Positions 20,879 to 30,552 of a DNA stretch of 62,273 nt are shown piece after piece. The DNA lies in IMG/VR virus record IMGVR_UViG_3300046779_000501, positions 1 through 62,273 of that record; one strand, given 5' to 3'. This DNA is from a virus. Lineage: Duplodnaviria > Caudoviricetes. How positions within the stretch are numbered: position 1 is the first letter of the stretch; each line of letters opens with the position of its first letter. The position numbers and the translations under genes were made by a program. The notes under the pieces are model-generated. The model worked only from the letters and a program-made list of their open reading frames with translations. It ran no database searches and was not told where the DNA came from.

Positions 20879-20991
20879 TGGAAAAGAAACCATCATTCAA
20901 ACCCGAGAATAATAAACTTGATGCTATTATCAAGGAAGCTCGTACACAGAAACCTAAACAACCTAAGAATCCAAACCTATGGCGAAAGTAA
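20878..20991 (+). CDS. 37-aa basic micro-protein (not in ORF track)
   Basis: TAATG coupling to the upstream gene. MEKKPSFKPENNKLDAIIKEARTQKPKQPKNPNLWRK. Confidence 0.55.
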   Translation: MEKKPSFKPENNKLDAIIKEARTQKPKQPKNPNLWRK

Positions 20992-21119
20992 ACACCGCGA
21001 AGAATAACTACGCACCCAAGGACGCTAAGAGAAAGCGCCCAGGGGTCGTAGCTAAAAGTAAATCAAGTAAACTAAAAACAAGTAAGAACTATTTGAAACG
21101 TTACCGTGGTCAAGGGTAA
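20979..21119 (+). CDS. 46-aa highly basic micro-protein ending KRYRGQG (not in ORF track)
   Basis: MAKVNTAKNNYAPKDAKRKRPGVVAKSKSSKLKTSKNYLKRYRGQG. The K-x-YRGQG ending is recalled from small phage proteins. Confidence 0.7.
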   Translation: MAKVNTAKNNYAPKDAKRKRPGVVAKSKSSKLKTSKNYLKRYRGQG

Positions 21120-21144
21120 ACTTATAGTCTTACTATATCATCTG

Positions 21145-21173
21145 AAAAGTAAACTTAACAGTTTACTTTTTTT
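21145..21173. terminator. Likely bidirectional terminator at the convergence of late (+) and replication (-) transcription
   Basis: Inverted repeat AAAAGTAAACT (21145-21155) / AGTTTACTTTT (21160-21170) with T-runs on both strands. Confidence 0.55.
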
Positions 21174-21558
21174 GTTCTTGTTCTAGGATAGACTTAATGT
21201 CTGGTTTAGAATAGTTAGGACCTTTGAGTATTTTACCATCCTCTCTCAGGATAGGTAGTCCGTCTTCTCCCAACTTACTCATGTTCGATCTTTGTATCTC
21301 TTCGAATACTTCCACGATCTTGTCTTGCAAACCGTGTTTAAGAATGGTCCCCACAAGTATATATAACTGATCACCGAGAGCATCAGCGATACCCACCAAA
21401 TCATTATCACGACACGCCATAAGGTATTCAAATAGTTCTTCAGCTTGTAAGTCATGTCGTAGTTGGTATTCTTTCTCTTTGATTAAAGTTGGTTCTGATG
21501 CATAGTGTTGTCCGAATACATCATGGAAGTGCTTTACAGCATTGATTATGTCTTGCAT
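21163..21558 (-). CDS. MazG-like / PRA-PH family NTP pyrophosphohydrolase
   Basis: EELFEY...IADALGDQLYILVG...EIQRSNMSKL...REDGKILKGPNY signature. Likely start MQDII at 21558. Confidence 0.85.
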   Translation of the reverse strand: MQDIINAVKHFHDVFGQHYASEPTLIKEKEYQLRHDLQAEELFEYLMACRDNDLVGIADALGDQLYILVGTILKHGLQDKIVEVFEEIQRSNMSKLGEDGLPILREDGKILKGPNYSKPDIKSILEQEQKK

Positions 21559-21559
21559 A

Positions 21560-22090
21560 TTAGTAACTAGAATAATACCACTCATCATAGTTAGGTGGTA
21601 GTTGTTGAAACTTCATTTTATTTAATGGATCATTCGCTTTAGTTAGAGGATTATCAGCAGTTATTCTAGGTAAACCTAGTTGATCCATTCCTCTATGATG
21701 TCCGGGAGTACGTAACTCATCCATCTTCTTTTCAGCTTTTGCTTTAGTTTCTTTAACAGCATCACAAAATCTATTGTGTAGACCATTAGAATCTAACATC
21801 ATAGCTTCTATCAAGATAAGATAGTTGATAGCATCTCCGAACTTCTCACGAATAATATGTTCAGAATACGGTGTGTTAGTACTGATCATATCTTTAATAG
21901 ATTGCAGGTGCTTAATCATGTATTCCCATGCTACCATTTCACGGTTACTATGGAAAGACATTTTAGCACCTTCTTCAAAGTTGTGAAAAACATTTGCTTC
22001 GTTGGCATACTCGCCACCTTTCTTTTTTAATACAGATTCAATAAGTTCTTTGCGCTTATCTACTAGCTGATTGAATTCTATTCTGTTCAT
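21560..22090 (-). CDS. DUF1599-like all-alpha nucleotide-metabolism/modification-associated protein
   Basis: KKGGEYA...NF...KH...GDAINYL pattern, next to the MazG gene. Confidence 0.55.
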   Translation of the reverse strand: MNRIEFNQLVDKRKELIESVLKKKGGEYANEANVFHNFEEGAKMSFHSNREMVAWEYMIKHLQSIKDMISTNTPYSEHIIREKFGDAINYLILIEAMMLDSNGLHNRFCDAVKETKAKAEKKMDELRTPGHHRGMDQLGLPRITADNPLTKANDPLNKMKFQQLPPNYDEWYYSSY

Positions 22091-22105
22091 AACATTAAGT
22101 TAGAA

Positions 22106-22142
22106 CCCAGAGGGGGCATGCAAGAGTCATACCCCCCGGGTC
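22106..22142 (-). terminator. GC-rich hairpin downstream of the DUF932-like gene
   Basis: ccc-aga-ggggg ... cccccc-ggg imperfect inverted repeat in an intergenic gap. Confidence 0.35.
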
Positions 22143-22148
22143 CGTATT

Positions 22149-23222
22149 TTATAGTTCTGGTAAATCTAAGATATCACCATCAAAGTTAAAGAATTCTTCA
22201 GAGTCTGACAAGACATTTTCTACTTTTTCTTGATCTTCATAGAACGCATCAGGTACGGGTGTAGTATCTACAGGTTCTTCTTCAGGTTCAAAGTCAAAAA
22301 TTACAGGTTCATTTACAGGTTCTTTATCAATGTCAAAATCTGAACCTGTATTTTCTACATTATCAAATCCTGGAATCAATAAATCATTAGTCATGTTTAC
22401 AAACAACTCCTCTTCTTCTGCAATAACGTCAAAGATGTTTATTTGATTAGGATCTGTCTCCGGAATATTTACAGGAAATGCTTCTTGTGGAGTTACTGGA
22501 GTACTGAGAATAGTATGTTTCAATTCATCATACACTGTGTCAAAACATCCAATGTGTGATCTGGTATAAAACTTAGGATGACTGTTCTGAATAGAGAACG
22601 CAAGTCCTGCATACACATCCCACAAAGATATCTCTTCAGTATCCTTGAATAACTTATCATAGTAGTATTTACTTGTAGTCAACTGATCTGCTTTAAGATA
22701 ATCATTGATAAATGTCTTACCCATGATCTCACCACACTGATTCTTATTTACAAGTACGGCTTCCATAGATGTCTTACGTCTAAGTAATTCATTATAGAAA
22801 CTATCTGTATGACCAATCTGCTTCTTTACATTATCCACCATCTCTACATCTGCAGTACCAGTGTGCTTACGCATAAAGAAAGCCATATCTGAAGTCATCA
22901 TAACGCCATCGTTGTCCTTAAAGTGCAAACCTACACTACAGTGAAACTTGGTACTCTTATCATATGAGTTAACCCAGGTAAATACTATACCTATATTTGG
23001 ATCTGTACCATATGACATATAGTGGTTACCGACTGTAACCTTTCCATTTGAAGAGAATAACTCTCTATCTACAATTAAACCAGCTGCTGCTAGTTCTGCA
23101 CGAACCGTGTCAAGTACTGACGCGTTCGTAATAACTTTATATCTTCCTCCGTGTTGGGGAATGTGGACGGAGTCACGGAGATAACTCTCCGTGCTCCCAC
23201 CCATTGCTAATTTGAATGGCAT
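22149..23222 (-). CDS. DUF932-like protein with acidic tail
   Basis: NSYDKS...F...G motif, RKHTG, SLWDVY near the domain end, acidic Pro-rich C-terminus. Confidence 0.55.
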   Translation of the reverse strand: MPFKLAMGGSTESYLRDSVHIPQHGGRYKVITNASVLDTVRAELAAAGLIVDRELFSSNGKVTVGNHYMSYGTDPNIGIVFTWVNSYDKSTKFHCSVGLHFKDNDGVMMTSDMAFFMRKHTGTADVEMVDNVKKQIGHTDSFYNELLRRKTSMEAVLVNKNQCGEIMGKTFINDYLKADQLTTSKYYYDKLFKDTEEISLWDVYAGLAFSIQNSHPKFYTRSHIGCFDTVYDELKHTILSTPVTPQEAFPVNIPETDPNQINIFDVIAEEEELFVNMTNDLLIPGFDNVENTGSDFDIDKEPVNEPVIFDFEPEEEPVDTTPVPDAFYEDQEKVENVLSDSEEFFNFDGDILDLPEL

Positions 23223-23223
23223 A

Positions 23224-25215
23224 TTAAAATAAACTTAATTGTGATTGTTCTTTTAACTTGCTGATGTTCTCGATCTCTTTGTAGACTCTTTCTAGATAAT
23301 ACTCGTCATCAATATCATAGTCACCCCAAGGTTTAATCTCGTAAAGATTAAACTCTGTCTGTAACCACTTACCTGCTTCTAAACGAGTTTCTCTACCATC
23401 AGCTTTGTTGACCTTAATTAATTTGCAACCTTTATTAGATACATAATACCGTACTACACCTTGTAGTTCACGATCATGTCTAACTCCTTTTATGAAACAG
23501 GTTTCCATAAAAATCCAGTCACCTTTGCGCTTTACACCTATACAGTAATCAAAGATGTTTCTATTCTGCTGTATGAATATCTCCGGTGCTACATTATGTA
23601 TAAAGAAATAATAGATTGCTTTTGGCACTATCAAAGCAGATTTATTCTTGTGTAGCGGTAAGTCCGAGAACTCGAATCTACCTTTACACTTAGTTGTCTT
23701 TACATAATATTTACCATTATCTTCACGATAGACAAAGTGCGGAGTCTTCTTTTTCATAGACTCATACGTTTCTTTATCTACTTCCTTCTCTTTGAATACA
23801 GCAATATAGTTGTTTACATCACCAATGATCATCTTGTCGTATTGATCATGTTCTAGTTGTAGCTGAGTCATGTCTTCCCACTTCTTGCAGATCTCTAGAT
23901 AGCGATCTTTTGCAGTCTCTGGGATTATCATTTCTAAACCATCGGTATTCTGCATTAGCGGAATGCTTTCAGGAATACCATCAGATAACATCTCATACAA
24001 CATAACCAGACTAAGCTGACCATTGATTGTAATCCTCATAGTAAACTCAGGATCATACAAGAAACTATTCTCGTCATTACTGAGACCATAAGTACTATTT
24101 AGGATAATCTTGTAAACATAGTTCTTTGGATCCTTCTTAGGTATCTTCTTTCTCTCTTCAAAGAACCATTCGTACTGTTCACAGAATTCTTCTTTAGGTA
24201 AATGCGCAGGAGACCATCCATTTCTAATAGCTAGATTAGGATAGAAACTGGTAACGTCTGAAGTCATGATGATCATTCCATCTTTTGCTTCATACACACC
24301 AGCTTTGGTAGCACCATGTACACCACCTAAACCAAAATCTGTTTTGACAGACTTATGGGTGACTGAATATTTAAACCCACCCTTAGTATCATTAGGATTA
24401 ATCTTTAAAGTTTTAAACTTCTCATGGATGTTCTTAAACTCTTTGCGATTAAAACTAATATAATCTAAGAGAATATCTCCTACTACAATAGAATCTCGTT
24501 TAGTTCTCATCTGCTTTAGATCATACTTTCGTATGTTGAGTTTGCTGCTCAAGAAATGCAAGAAGAGTTCTTTAGATATCTTTGGTTCAGAAGCACTGTA
24601 CAGATTAATACCATACTCGTTAGTTAACGCTTTTCTCAGCATGATTTGATCTTTGCTGAGTATCATCACTTGCTTAGTTGCAAGTACATCGTTAATACAG
24701 TAACTTATTATAGTATCTAGCTGTTCTTTTGTGCGAATTACAGTACTGTGCTTGATCGGCATATCGCGAACGTTGTGCCAATCCATAGAGTACTCGATCC
24801 ACTTTAGACTAGATCTTTTTGCAGGATTATCCCAGTGATTCAACCGGAATACATCTAGCTGCTTGATACTTAGTATCCGTTCACCATACTCCGGGAATTC
24901 ACCTTTATTAGAACGGTCTATAGTATCTTGAGCTTTCAGATACAGTACATGCGCAATGGTCTCAGCAGGTTCATCGAGATAGTAATCACCTTCTCTGATA
25001 ATGAACTCAGTAATCTGAGAGTCAAAGTTTATACCGTTAAATGAAATATGCCAAACTTCTTCACTCTTACATTCCTGTAAAAACAAGTACAATTCAGCAT
25101 AATCATTCCGGGATTCATGTACTACAAATATCTTTTTCTCATCAGACTTGTAGTCTATAAATACTGCAACGAAGCAATTAATCAGGGTCTCATAGTCATG
25201 TACCCAGTTGGTCAT
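23224..25215 (-). CDS. polB: DNA polymerase, family B (crAss-type)
   Basis: Exonuclease motifs DYE, FNGINFD, YCINDV. Polymerase motifs SDVTSFYPN, KIILNSTYG, QNTDG. Confidence 0.93.
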   Translation of the reverse strand: MTNWVHDYETLINCFVAVFIDYKSDEKKIFVVHESRNDYAELYLFLQECKSEEVWHISFNGINFDSQITEFIIREGDYYLDEPAETIAHVLYLKAQDTIDRSNKGEFPEYGERILSIKQLDVFRLNHWDNPAKRSSLKWIEYSMDWHNVRDMPIKHSTVIRTKEQLDTIISYCINDVLATKQVMILSKDQIMLRKALTNEYGINLYSASEPKISKELFLHFLSSKLNIRKYDLKQMRTKRDSIVVGDILLDYISFNRKEFKNIHEKFKTLKINPNDTKGGFKYSVTHKSVKTDFGLGGVHGATKAGVYEAKDGMIIMTSDVTSFYPNLAIRNGWSPAHLPKEEFCEQYEWFFEERKKIPKKDPKNYVYKIILNSTYGLSNDENSFLYDPEFTMRITINGQLSLVMLYEMLSDGIPESIPLMQNTDGLEMIIPETAKDRYLEICKKWEDMTQLQLEHDQYDKMIIGDVNNYIAVFKEKEVDKETYESMKKKTPHFVYREDNGKYYVKTTKCKGRFEFSDLPLHKNKSALIVPKAIYYFFIHNVAPEIFIQQNRNIFDYCIGVKRKGDWIFMETCFIKGVRHDRELQGVVRYYVSNKGCKLIKVNKADGRETRLEAGKWLQTEFNLYEIKPWGDYDIDDEYYLERVYKEIENISKLKEQSQLSLF

Positions 25216-25622
25216 TACTCAGCAGATTCTGTTGTTGGAGTAGCTGTAATATACTTTTCGATATCAAAAGTATCAGCATTGAAAGCAAAACGCTTTACAA
25301 AAGCACGAATCTCATCCAACTCCTCAATATAATACTCTTGGAATGTTTCGATAGTACGACGCTCTTCCTTGTATGGTTTACCTTCACGACTTGGTGTCTT
25401 TCTCATTTCGATATCACCGTTAGGATCAATTTTAGGCATCATGTGAAAGATATCTTTTTGGATAGCACCAATGACAGCTAACACTTTCATGTCTGCATCA
25501 AAGATACATTCTACATATGGACACTCTGCGTCCGTTGGGATCATTTTAAATGTCTTACCATTCTTCCAGGTAGACGTGATTAACATCATATTACTCATAA
25601 TTGTTGGTTTTTGAGACGTCAA
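25215..25622 (-). CDS. Hypothetical protein
   Basis: Translationally coupled ORF in the replication operon. Confidence 0.7.
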   Translation of the reverse strand: MTSQKPTIMSNMMLITSTWKNGKTFKMIPTDAECPYVECIFDADMKVLAVIGAIQKDIFHMMPKIDPNGDIEMRKTPSREGKPYKEERRTIETFQEYYIEELDEIRAFVKRFAFNADTFDIEKYITATPTTESAE

Positions 25623-26176
25623 AGATAATCAAATTGAAATTCTTTGACATCGATTTTTAAAGTTTCTTCTTCGATATTAGGTAAATCACATAGCTCACCG
25701 ACTTCCTCTAGTAAACTAACAGGAACATCAAGTAACTTAGCATATGTTTCAAAATAACCTTCTGGATTAAGAAAACTATTAACTAGATCTCTATTACCCG
25801 GGTGATTAGCGAAGAAGTTTAGAATTTTTATTTTAGATGAAGCGTTGATTTTCGAGTAATGACCTTTGAGAAAACATTCCCAAAGATTGCCTTCATCAGA
25901 AAGATCAAAAATGTATGTACACTTTGAATCTTTTAGTTCGTGATAGTCGACAAACTTTGGGTTGTTAATCAGCTTACTCTTTTCAAACTGTCTGAATTCC
26001 ATATCTTCTCGAGTATGGTATAAACAAACAAGTTTCTTATCTTCAGGTTTTATAACTCCTGGTATAGAGATATAACTCTCTATTGGAACAACAGAAGAAC
26101 CTCGCTTCAAACCTAAAACAGGGTACAAGAAGAATCTTGATTTTTGAGCGTACTTGGTATGCAAATATTTTTTCAT
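25619..26176 (-). CDS. Hypothetical protein
   Basis: Coupled ORF, KSRFFLYP...F..G.YSK pattern. Confidence 0.7.
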   Translation of the reverse strand: MKKYLHTKYAQKSRFFLYPVLGLKRGSSVVPIESYISIPGVIKPEDKKLVCLYHTREDMEFRQFEKSKLINNPKFVDYHELKDSKCTYIFDLSDEGNLWECFLKGHYSKINASSKIKILNFFANHPGNRDLVNSFLNPEGYFETYAKLLDVPVSLLEEVGELCDLPNIEEETLKIDVKEFQFDYL

Positions 26177-26182
26177 GTTTGT

Positions 26183-27151
26183 TTACAGTGATATCTTATT
26201 TACAAGATAATCATAAGGTAGACTATAATTCCTACTAGTATAGTGATACTCTGCTTTCATAAGCATCTCATCAAGATTCCAGATCCAGCTATGCAACGTA
26301 GCAGCACAAACAGGAAACGCGAAGACCTGTTGGTACTTATCAATAACTATGAAATTAAATCTGATCTCTGAGAGACCTTTAATGTTTGCCTGTATTAACT
26401 TGTAATAGATAGCAGCTTGCATCCAATACTTGTAGTACTCAACAGATTCTCTAAACTCAGAAATTGTCTTTCCGGTAGTTTTAAAGTCATTGATTGTAAC
26501 AACTTTAGTTTCAGGATCATAAACATAATTGTCTAGTACACCTCTTAAACCGAATGAATACTTAGTCTCAGCTTCTAGTGGCACCTCACTAAAACTATTA
26601 GGAGAACCTAACTGTAGTAAGCTAGTAACTGAGTTGTTACTTAGTATTAATTCAACATACCCTTTGAGTCTATCATAAGTTTCCTGGTCTATAACAGTCT
26701 TGGAACCTTTTGATTTGAGAAACTCATAATAGTTAATATTCTCTGCAGTGAGCATCTTCTCTACACGCTGTTGATCAGTCTTAAGACTTTGGTGTAGATT
26801 GACCTCTCTTAGAATATCAATTATAGTTACCTCATGAGATGACAAAGGTAGCTGTTCAAAACCGCTTTGGCAAGACAGTGCATACACTTTGTCAATAACT
26901 TTACGTGCGTTGTCCCCAGGTAATGTAGCAAGTGATACTACAAACTGGTCATTAAACTTTTCATTCTCAAGTAGTAAACAGTGAAGAGCTCGACCCTCAA
27001 TTAAATGAGAGTCAAGTCTATCTTCACGTTCACCAAGAATATAGTGTTTATAAAAAGTGTTCGGTACGAACATCAGTTTGTTCAAGCTCGTGTAACTGAA
27101 CTTGAACTTCTTGTTGTAGAACTTCTCCTCTGCTTGGAAATCCGTTATCAT
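26183..27151 (-). CDS. PD-(D/E)XK exonuclease (RecE/ExoVIII, Cas4-like)
   Basis: SYTSL, GRALHCLLLE, RGVLD...INDFKTT, YWMQAAIY motifs. Confidence 0.85.
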   Translation of the reverse strand: MITDFQAEEKFYNKKFKFSYTSLNKLMFVPNTFYKHYILGEREDRLDSHLIEGRALHCLLLENEKFNDQFVVSLATLPGDNARKVIDKVYALSCQSGFEQLPLSSHEVTIIDILREVNLHQSLKTDQQRVEKMLTAENINYYEFLKSKGSKTVIDQETYDRLKGYVELILSNNSVTSLLQLGSPNSFSEVPLEAETKYSFGLRGVLDNYVYDPETKVVTINDFKTTGKTISEFRESVEYYKYWMQAAIYYKLIQANIKGLSEIRFNFIVIDKYQQVFAFPVCAATLHSWIWNLDEMLMKAEYHYTSRNYSLPYDYLVNKISL

Positions 27152-28223
27152 TTAGTTTATTATTTATTTTGGTTAATGTTTCCTCAGAGAATTTATATCC
27201 AGTAGATTCAATCATAGTAGTTGATGATGAGAACTCATCAGCACCTAGTTCATACAAAAAATCTACTACTTCAGGTGTTACATCACCTTGTTCAATAGCA
27301 ATGTTGAATACATCTTCGTAGTCAAATCTAAATTGGTATCTCATACGACCTCCTAAGAAACTAATGAGACCTTTGAATGCTACAGTTTTTCTACTAGGAT
27401 GATCCCATACTTTATGACCAAATCTTCTACAGATCTGTGCTAGATATACAGCACTCTTCTTATAGTTACAGTTAGCCATAATGGTCATAGCAACAGTATG
27501 ATTACTAGTATCATCACTCTTAAACATTTGCAGAATTGCTTCAAAAGTATCTTTATCAATTACTGCTTCACCCATCTTATCTAATAGAGCTGACTCATCA
27601 TATACTTTAACACCACCATCATTAAGGAGATTGTTTAAGATAAGGTTTGCTTCAATAGATTCCATAGTTATATAAGTACCTATAAAGTTAAAGTCTACAA
27701 AACTAGCACTCATCCAACTACTACGTACTGACTTATACTTATTATTAATAGATTCTATAGATGCTGTAAAATCTCTGTTATCATCTCTTTTGAAGAAAGA
27801 GTTCTTAAACAATTTTAGATCATCCGGATTCATAAAAGCTTGGTCACCATTAGTATGATCAAAATCATCGAAGATCTTATATGTTTGATTATCAGCTGCA
27901 TCATAACAGTATTTTACATTTGTAAAAATCAAGTCTGCTTTCTCAGGATCTCGGATAACACGAGCGCCAATAGATTCTAGTAATGACTTTAGTTTCTCTC
28001 TAGATATCTCACACTTAGGAGATATATAAATAGTTTTGGCACCGGTTAAATCTACAGTTTTATTTACATGCTCATCATAGAAACTCTTAAAGTATTTAAT
28101 GTTTTGCCAAGCACTGTCTGTGAACTTTACTACTTCTTTCTGAGTACAGTTTAGACTTTCAATAAGACCCATTGAATTTACATTCAGTGACTCTACTATG
28201 TTAATTTGAATTTTGTTGACCAT
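27048..28223 (-). CDS. MoxR-module protein A (BRCT-like N-domain plus shared helical domain)
   Basis: IYISPKCEISREKLKSLLESIGARVIRDPEKADLIF resembles BRCT. Paralogous to 28201-29352. Confidence 0.55.
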   Translation of the reverse strand: MVNKIQINIVESLNVNSMGLIESLNCTQKEVVKFTDSAWQNIKYFKSFYDEHVNKTVDLTGAKTIYISPKCEISREKLKSLLESIGARVIRDPEKADLIFTNVKYCYDAADNQTYKIFDDFDHTNGDQAFMNPDDLKLFKNSFFKRDDNRDFTASIESINNKYKSVRSSWMSASFVDFNFIGTYITMESIEANLILNNLLNDGGVKVYDESALLDKMGEAVIDKDTFEAILQMFKSDDTSNHTVAMTIMANCNYKKSAVYLAQICRRFGHKVWDHPSRKTVAFKGLISFLGGRMRYQFRFDYEDVFNIAIEQGDVTPEVVDFLYELGADEFSSSTTMIESTGYKFSEETLTKINNKLNDNGFPSRGEVLQQEVQVQLHELEQTDVRTEHFL

Positions 28224-29352
28224 AAGATTTAATGAATTCTTCGTAATTATACTTTGGTGTAATCTCTACAGTAACATGAGTTAGATCTAGTTTTCTGCTA
28301 GCACGACCTGCTTCTTCATCAACTATATCATTCATGAGTTTGTAAAAGATATCATGTGTTAGCTGTCCACGTTTTGCAAGATGTGTTAGTATTCCACTAT
28401 CGTCTAGATCTTCTAGATAATTCCAGCTTACTAGTGACTTAAATAGTTTAGCTTCTTTAAGTCTGTTGTTGTCAGAATTATCTATGCGGTAACCATGTTT
28501 CTTAGCTAGTCTCCACACATGATAGATAGAATCTTTAGTGTTACAGTTGAATAGAATCTTAGATGCTGTAAAGTGATCCTCTTTAGAAGGACTACTAAGC
28601 ATCATATCTAAACTATTATACATATCATCATCTAGTACTACTTGATTACCACAAGTCTCAATAAAATGTTCTTGTGATATTACTGGTACTTTCTTAGATA
28701 GAATATTATATACAAGAGTAAGACTTTCTGCATTGAGTGCCCACTGTGTAATAGGATCTTCTATGTTATCAGTATAAGCTGATCTACCGTAGTTAGAAGC
28801 TAATGCTCTCGTAACTAAAATAGTATCATCTTGTTTTAACATGTCATGATAATCTATACCAGTAGCAGGTAATACTCTAAAAGTATTTTTGTTCTTTATA
28901 AAATCTACAAGGGTTTGGTTATATACTACCTTACTAGAATAGTGTTCACCTACAATACATCCATTAGGATACTGATTTCTATTAGTGTCATAGTTTGATG
29001 CCTCTAAAATATTATGTTCAGTACCTAAGATAACAGTAGCTTTTTCTATATTACTAGTTACGGTCATACCAGATGTTTTACAATACTCTTTGATCTTATA
29101 ACTAGGTATCTTAGAGTCTGGTAATAAATAAATCTTATCTCCAGAAACAGGAGTATAAGCATCACCCCCTTTCAGGAGTGATGCTATTTTATTCCTACTT
29201 TCCATAGAGATCTTATACAACTCTGTTACACCAATACCACTAGAGAAATCATCAGGACTAAACATGTAAACATATTTAAAGGATCCTTCTACAAATCTTA
29301 GTTTGCTTGGTAAAGTAGAGTCTTCTAAAATACTACTAATGTTGTTTTGCAT
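28201..29352 (-). CDS. MoxR-module protein B (BRCT-like N-domain plus shared helical domain)
   Basis: IYLLPDSKIPSYKIKEYCKTSGMTVTSNIEKATVIL. Shares M..S....H..A..I..NCN with the neighbouring gene. Confidence 0.55.
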   Translation of the reverse strand: MQNNISSILEDSTLPSKLRFVEGSFKYVYMFSPDDFSSGIGVTELYKISMESRNKIASLLKGGDAYTPVSGDKIYLLPDSKIPSYKIKEYCKTSGMTVTSNIEKATVILGTEHNILEASNYDTNRNQYPNGCIVGEHYSSKVVYNQTLVDFIKNKNTFRVLPATGIDYHDMLKQDDTILVTRALASNYGRSAYTDNIEDPITQWALNAESLTLVYNILSKKVPVISQEHFIETCGNQVVLDDDMYNSLDMMLSSPSKEDHFTASKILFNCNTKDSIYHVWRLAKKHGYRIDNSDNNRLKEAKLFKSLVSWNYLEDLDDSGILTHLAKRGQLTHDIFYKLMNDIVDEEAGRASRKLDLTHVTVEITPKYNYEEFIKSYGQQNSN

Positions 29353-30539
29353 TATTTTACAGTCATTTTGATCACCTCTGGGTTCAACATTAACTTAGAC
29401 CACTTCTGTTTGTTACCATTAAGGATACCCTTAACGATATAATACTTAAGGTCATTGCTGAAGATATCATCAGTAATCAAGTTAGTAACACGGTCAATTA
29501 ATGGTTGAGCTACTGTATTGTTATTACTATAGTGCACTGCATAGTTGATGATACGAGTAGTCATCAAGCTAGCGATATCTGCACGGTAGTTGTTACCTTC
29601 ACCAATACAAGACTTAAGTTGTCCTTTGATGTACTCCCAACTGTTGTTAGTCAATACATCTTTAGGAGTTACCAACTTATCTAACTTGTTGTTAATGAAC
29701 ATAGTAAACATAGTAGCAAACTCACCACCTACAGAACCTTCACCAATCATCTGAATAATAGGAAGACTGTCTTCAAAACTATCTAGACTAGAGATAGAGT
29801 TAAAGAATGTAGTGAAGCTACGAGCATTAGCACGCTTCTCTGTCAACTCAGGATGCAACAACATAAAGTTGATACAACGAGTGTCGATCTCATTCTCTTC
29901 TGCCCATCGCGCCCAACAGTCGATATCAAACTTCAAGTAACTTGTGATGAAACGAGTCTTTTGCGCTTCGTCAAGAGATGTCACCTGATAGTCACCATTA
30001 TCTGGATTACTAGTTAAGATAACAGTCCAACCTTTTGGTAGCTTCCATGAGATATATTCCTGACGGTCAATGATCTCCATAGTAGCTTGCATGAATCTAG
30101 CATCTGCGCGAGTATAGTCGTCAAGAATCAACAAACCATTCTCACCTTTACCTTGAATCCACTCTGGTTGTGCATGCGTCATACGCTTCTCACCAGTAGG
30201 AACATACTTCTGCTGAATATACAATGGCATGATGTTCTCAGGAATCCATTTAGCTACACGCTTACCGTCGTCAGTAGTCTTTGCTACTTCAAATTCCTTA
30301 ATAGGAAAACCTACTAAGTCACCCAACTCCTCGAGCTGACTCAAGGATAATTTTACAAAGTGAAGGTTGTTCTCATTAGCATACTGTAAGATAGTACTTG
30401 TCTTACCGATACCTGCTTCACCTTCGATGTTTACAGCTACAGGAATCTTTCCATTCTCCTGTAAGTACTTGTTATTATTTACAACGTGTGTTACGAATTG
30501 CTTTAACTCATCTGTGTTTAACTGAACTTGCTTTGCCAT
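29352..30539 (-). CDS. MoxR-like AAA+ ATPase
   Basis: Walker A GEAGIGKT, Walker B LLILDDYTRA, sensor TSNP, LDEAQKTRF. Confidence 0.85.
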   Translation of the reverse strand: MAKQVQLNTDELKQFVTHVVNNNKYLQENGKIPVAVNIEGEAGIGKTSTILQYANENNLHFVKLSLSQLEELGDLVGFPIKEFEVAKTTDDGKRVAKWIPENIMPLYIQQKYVPTGEKRMTHAQPEWIQGKGENGLLILDDYTRADARFMQATMEIIDRQEYISWKLPKGWTVILTSNPDNGDYQVTSLDEAQKTRFITSYLKFDIDCWARWAEENEIDTRCINFMLLHPELTEKRANARSFTTFFNSISSLDSFEDSLPIIQMIGEGSVGGEFATMFTMFINNKLDKLVTPKDVLTNNSWEYIKGQLKSCIGEGNNYRADIASLMTTRIINYAVHYSNNNTVAQPLIDRVTNLITDDIFSNDLKYYIVKGILNGNKQKWSKLMLNPEVIKMTVK

Positions 30540-30552
30540 TTTCTTAATTTTT

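Noticed and set aside
23224-25215. Introns or inteins in PolB, helicase or RNAP
   Set aside because: Motif spacing is compact, and no intein splice motifs or LAGLIDADG insertions were seen.
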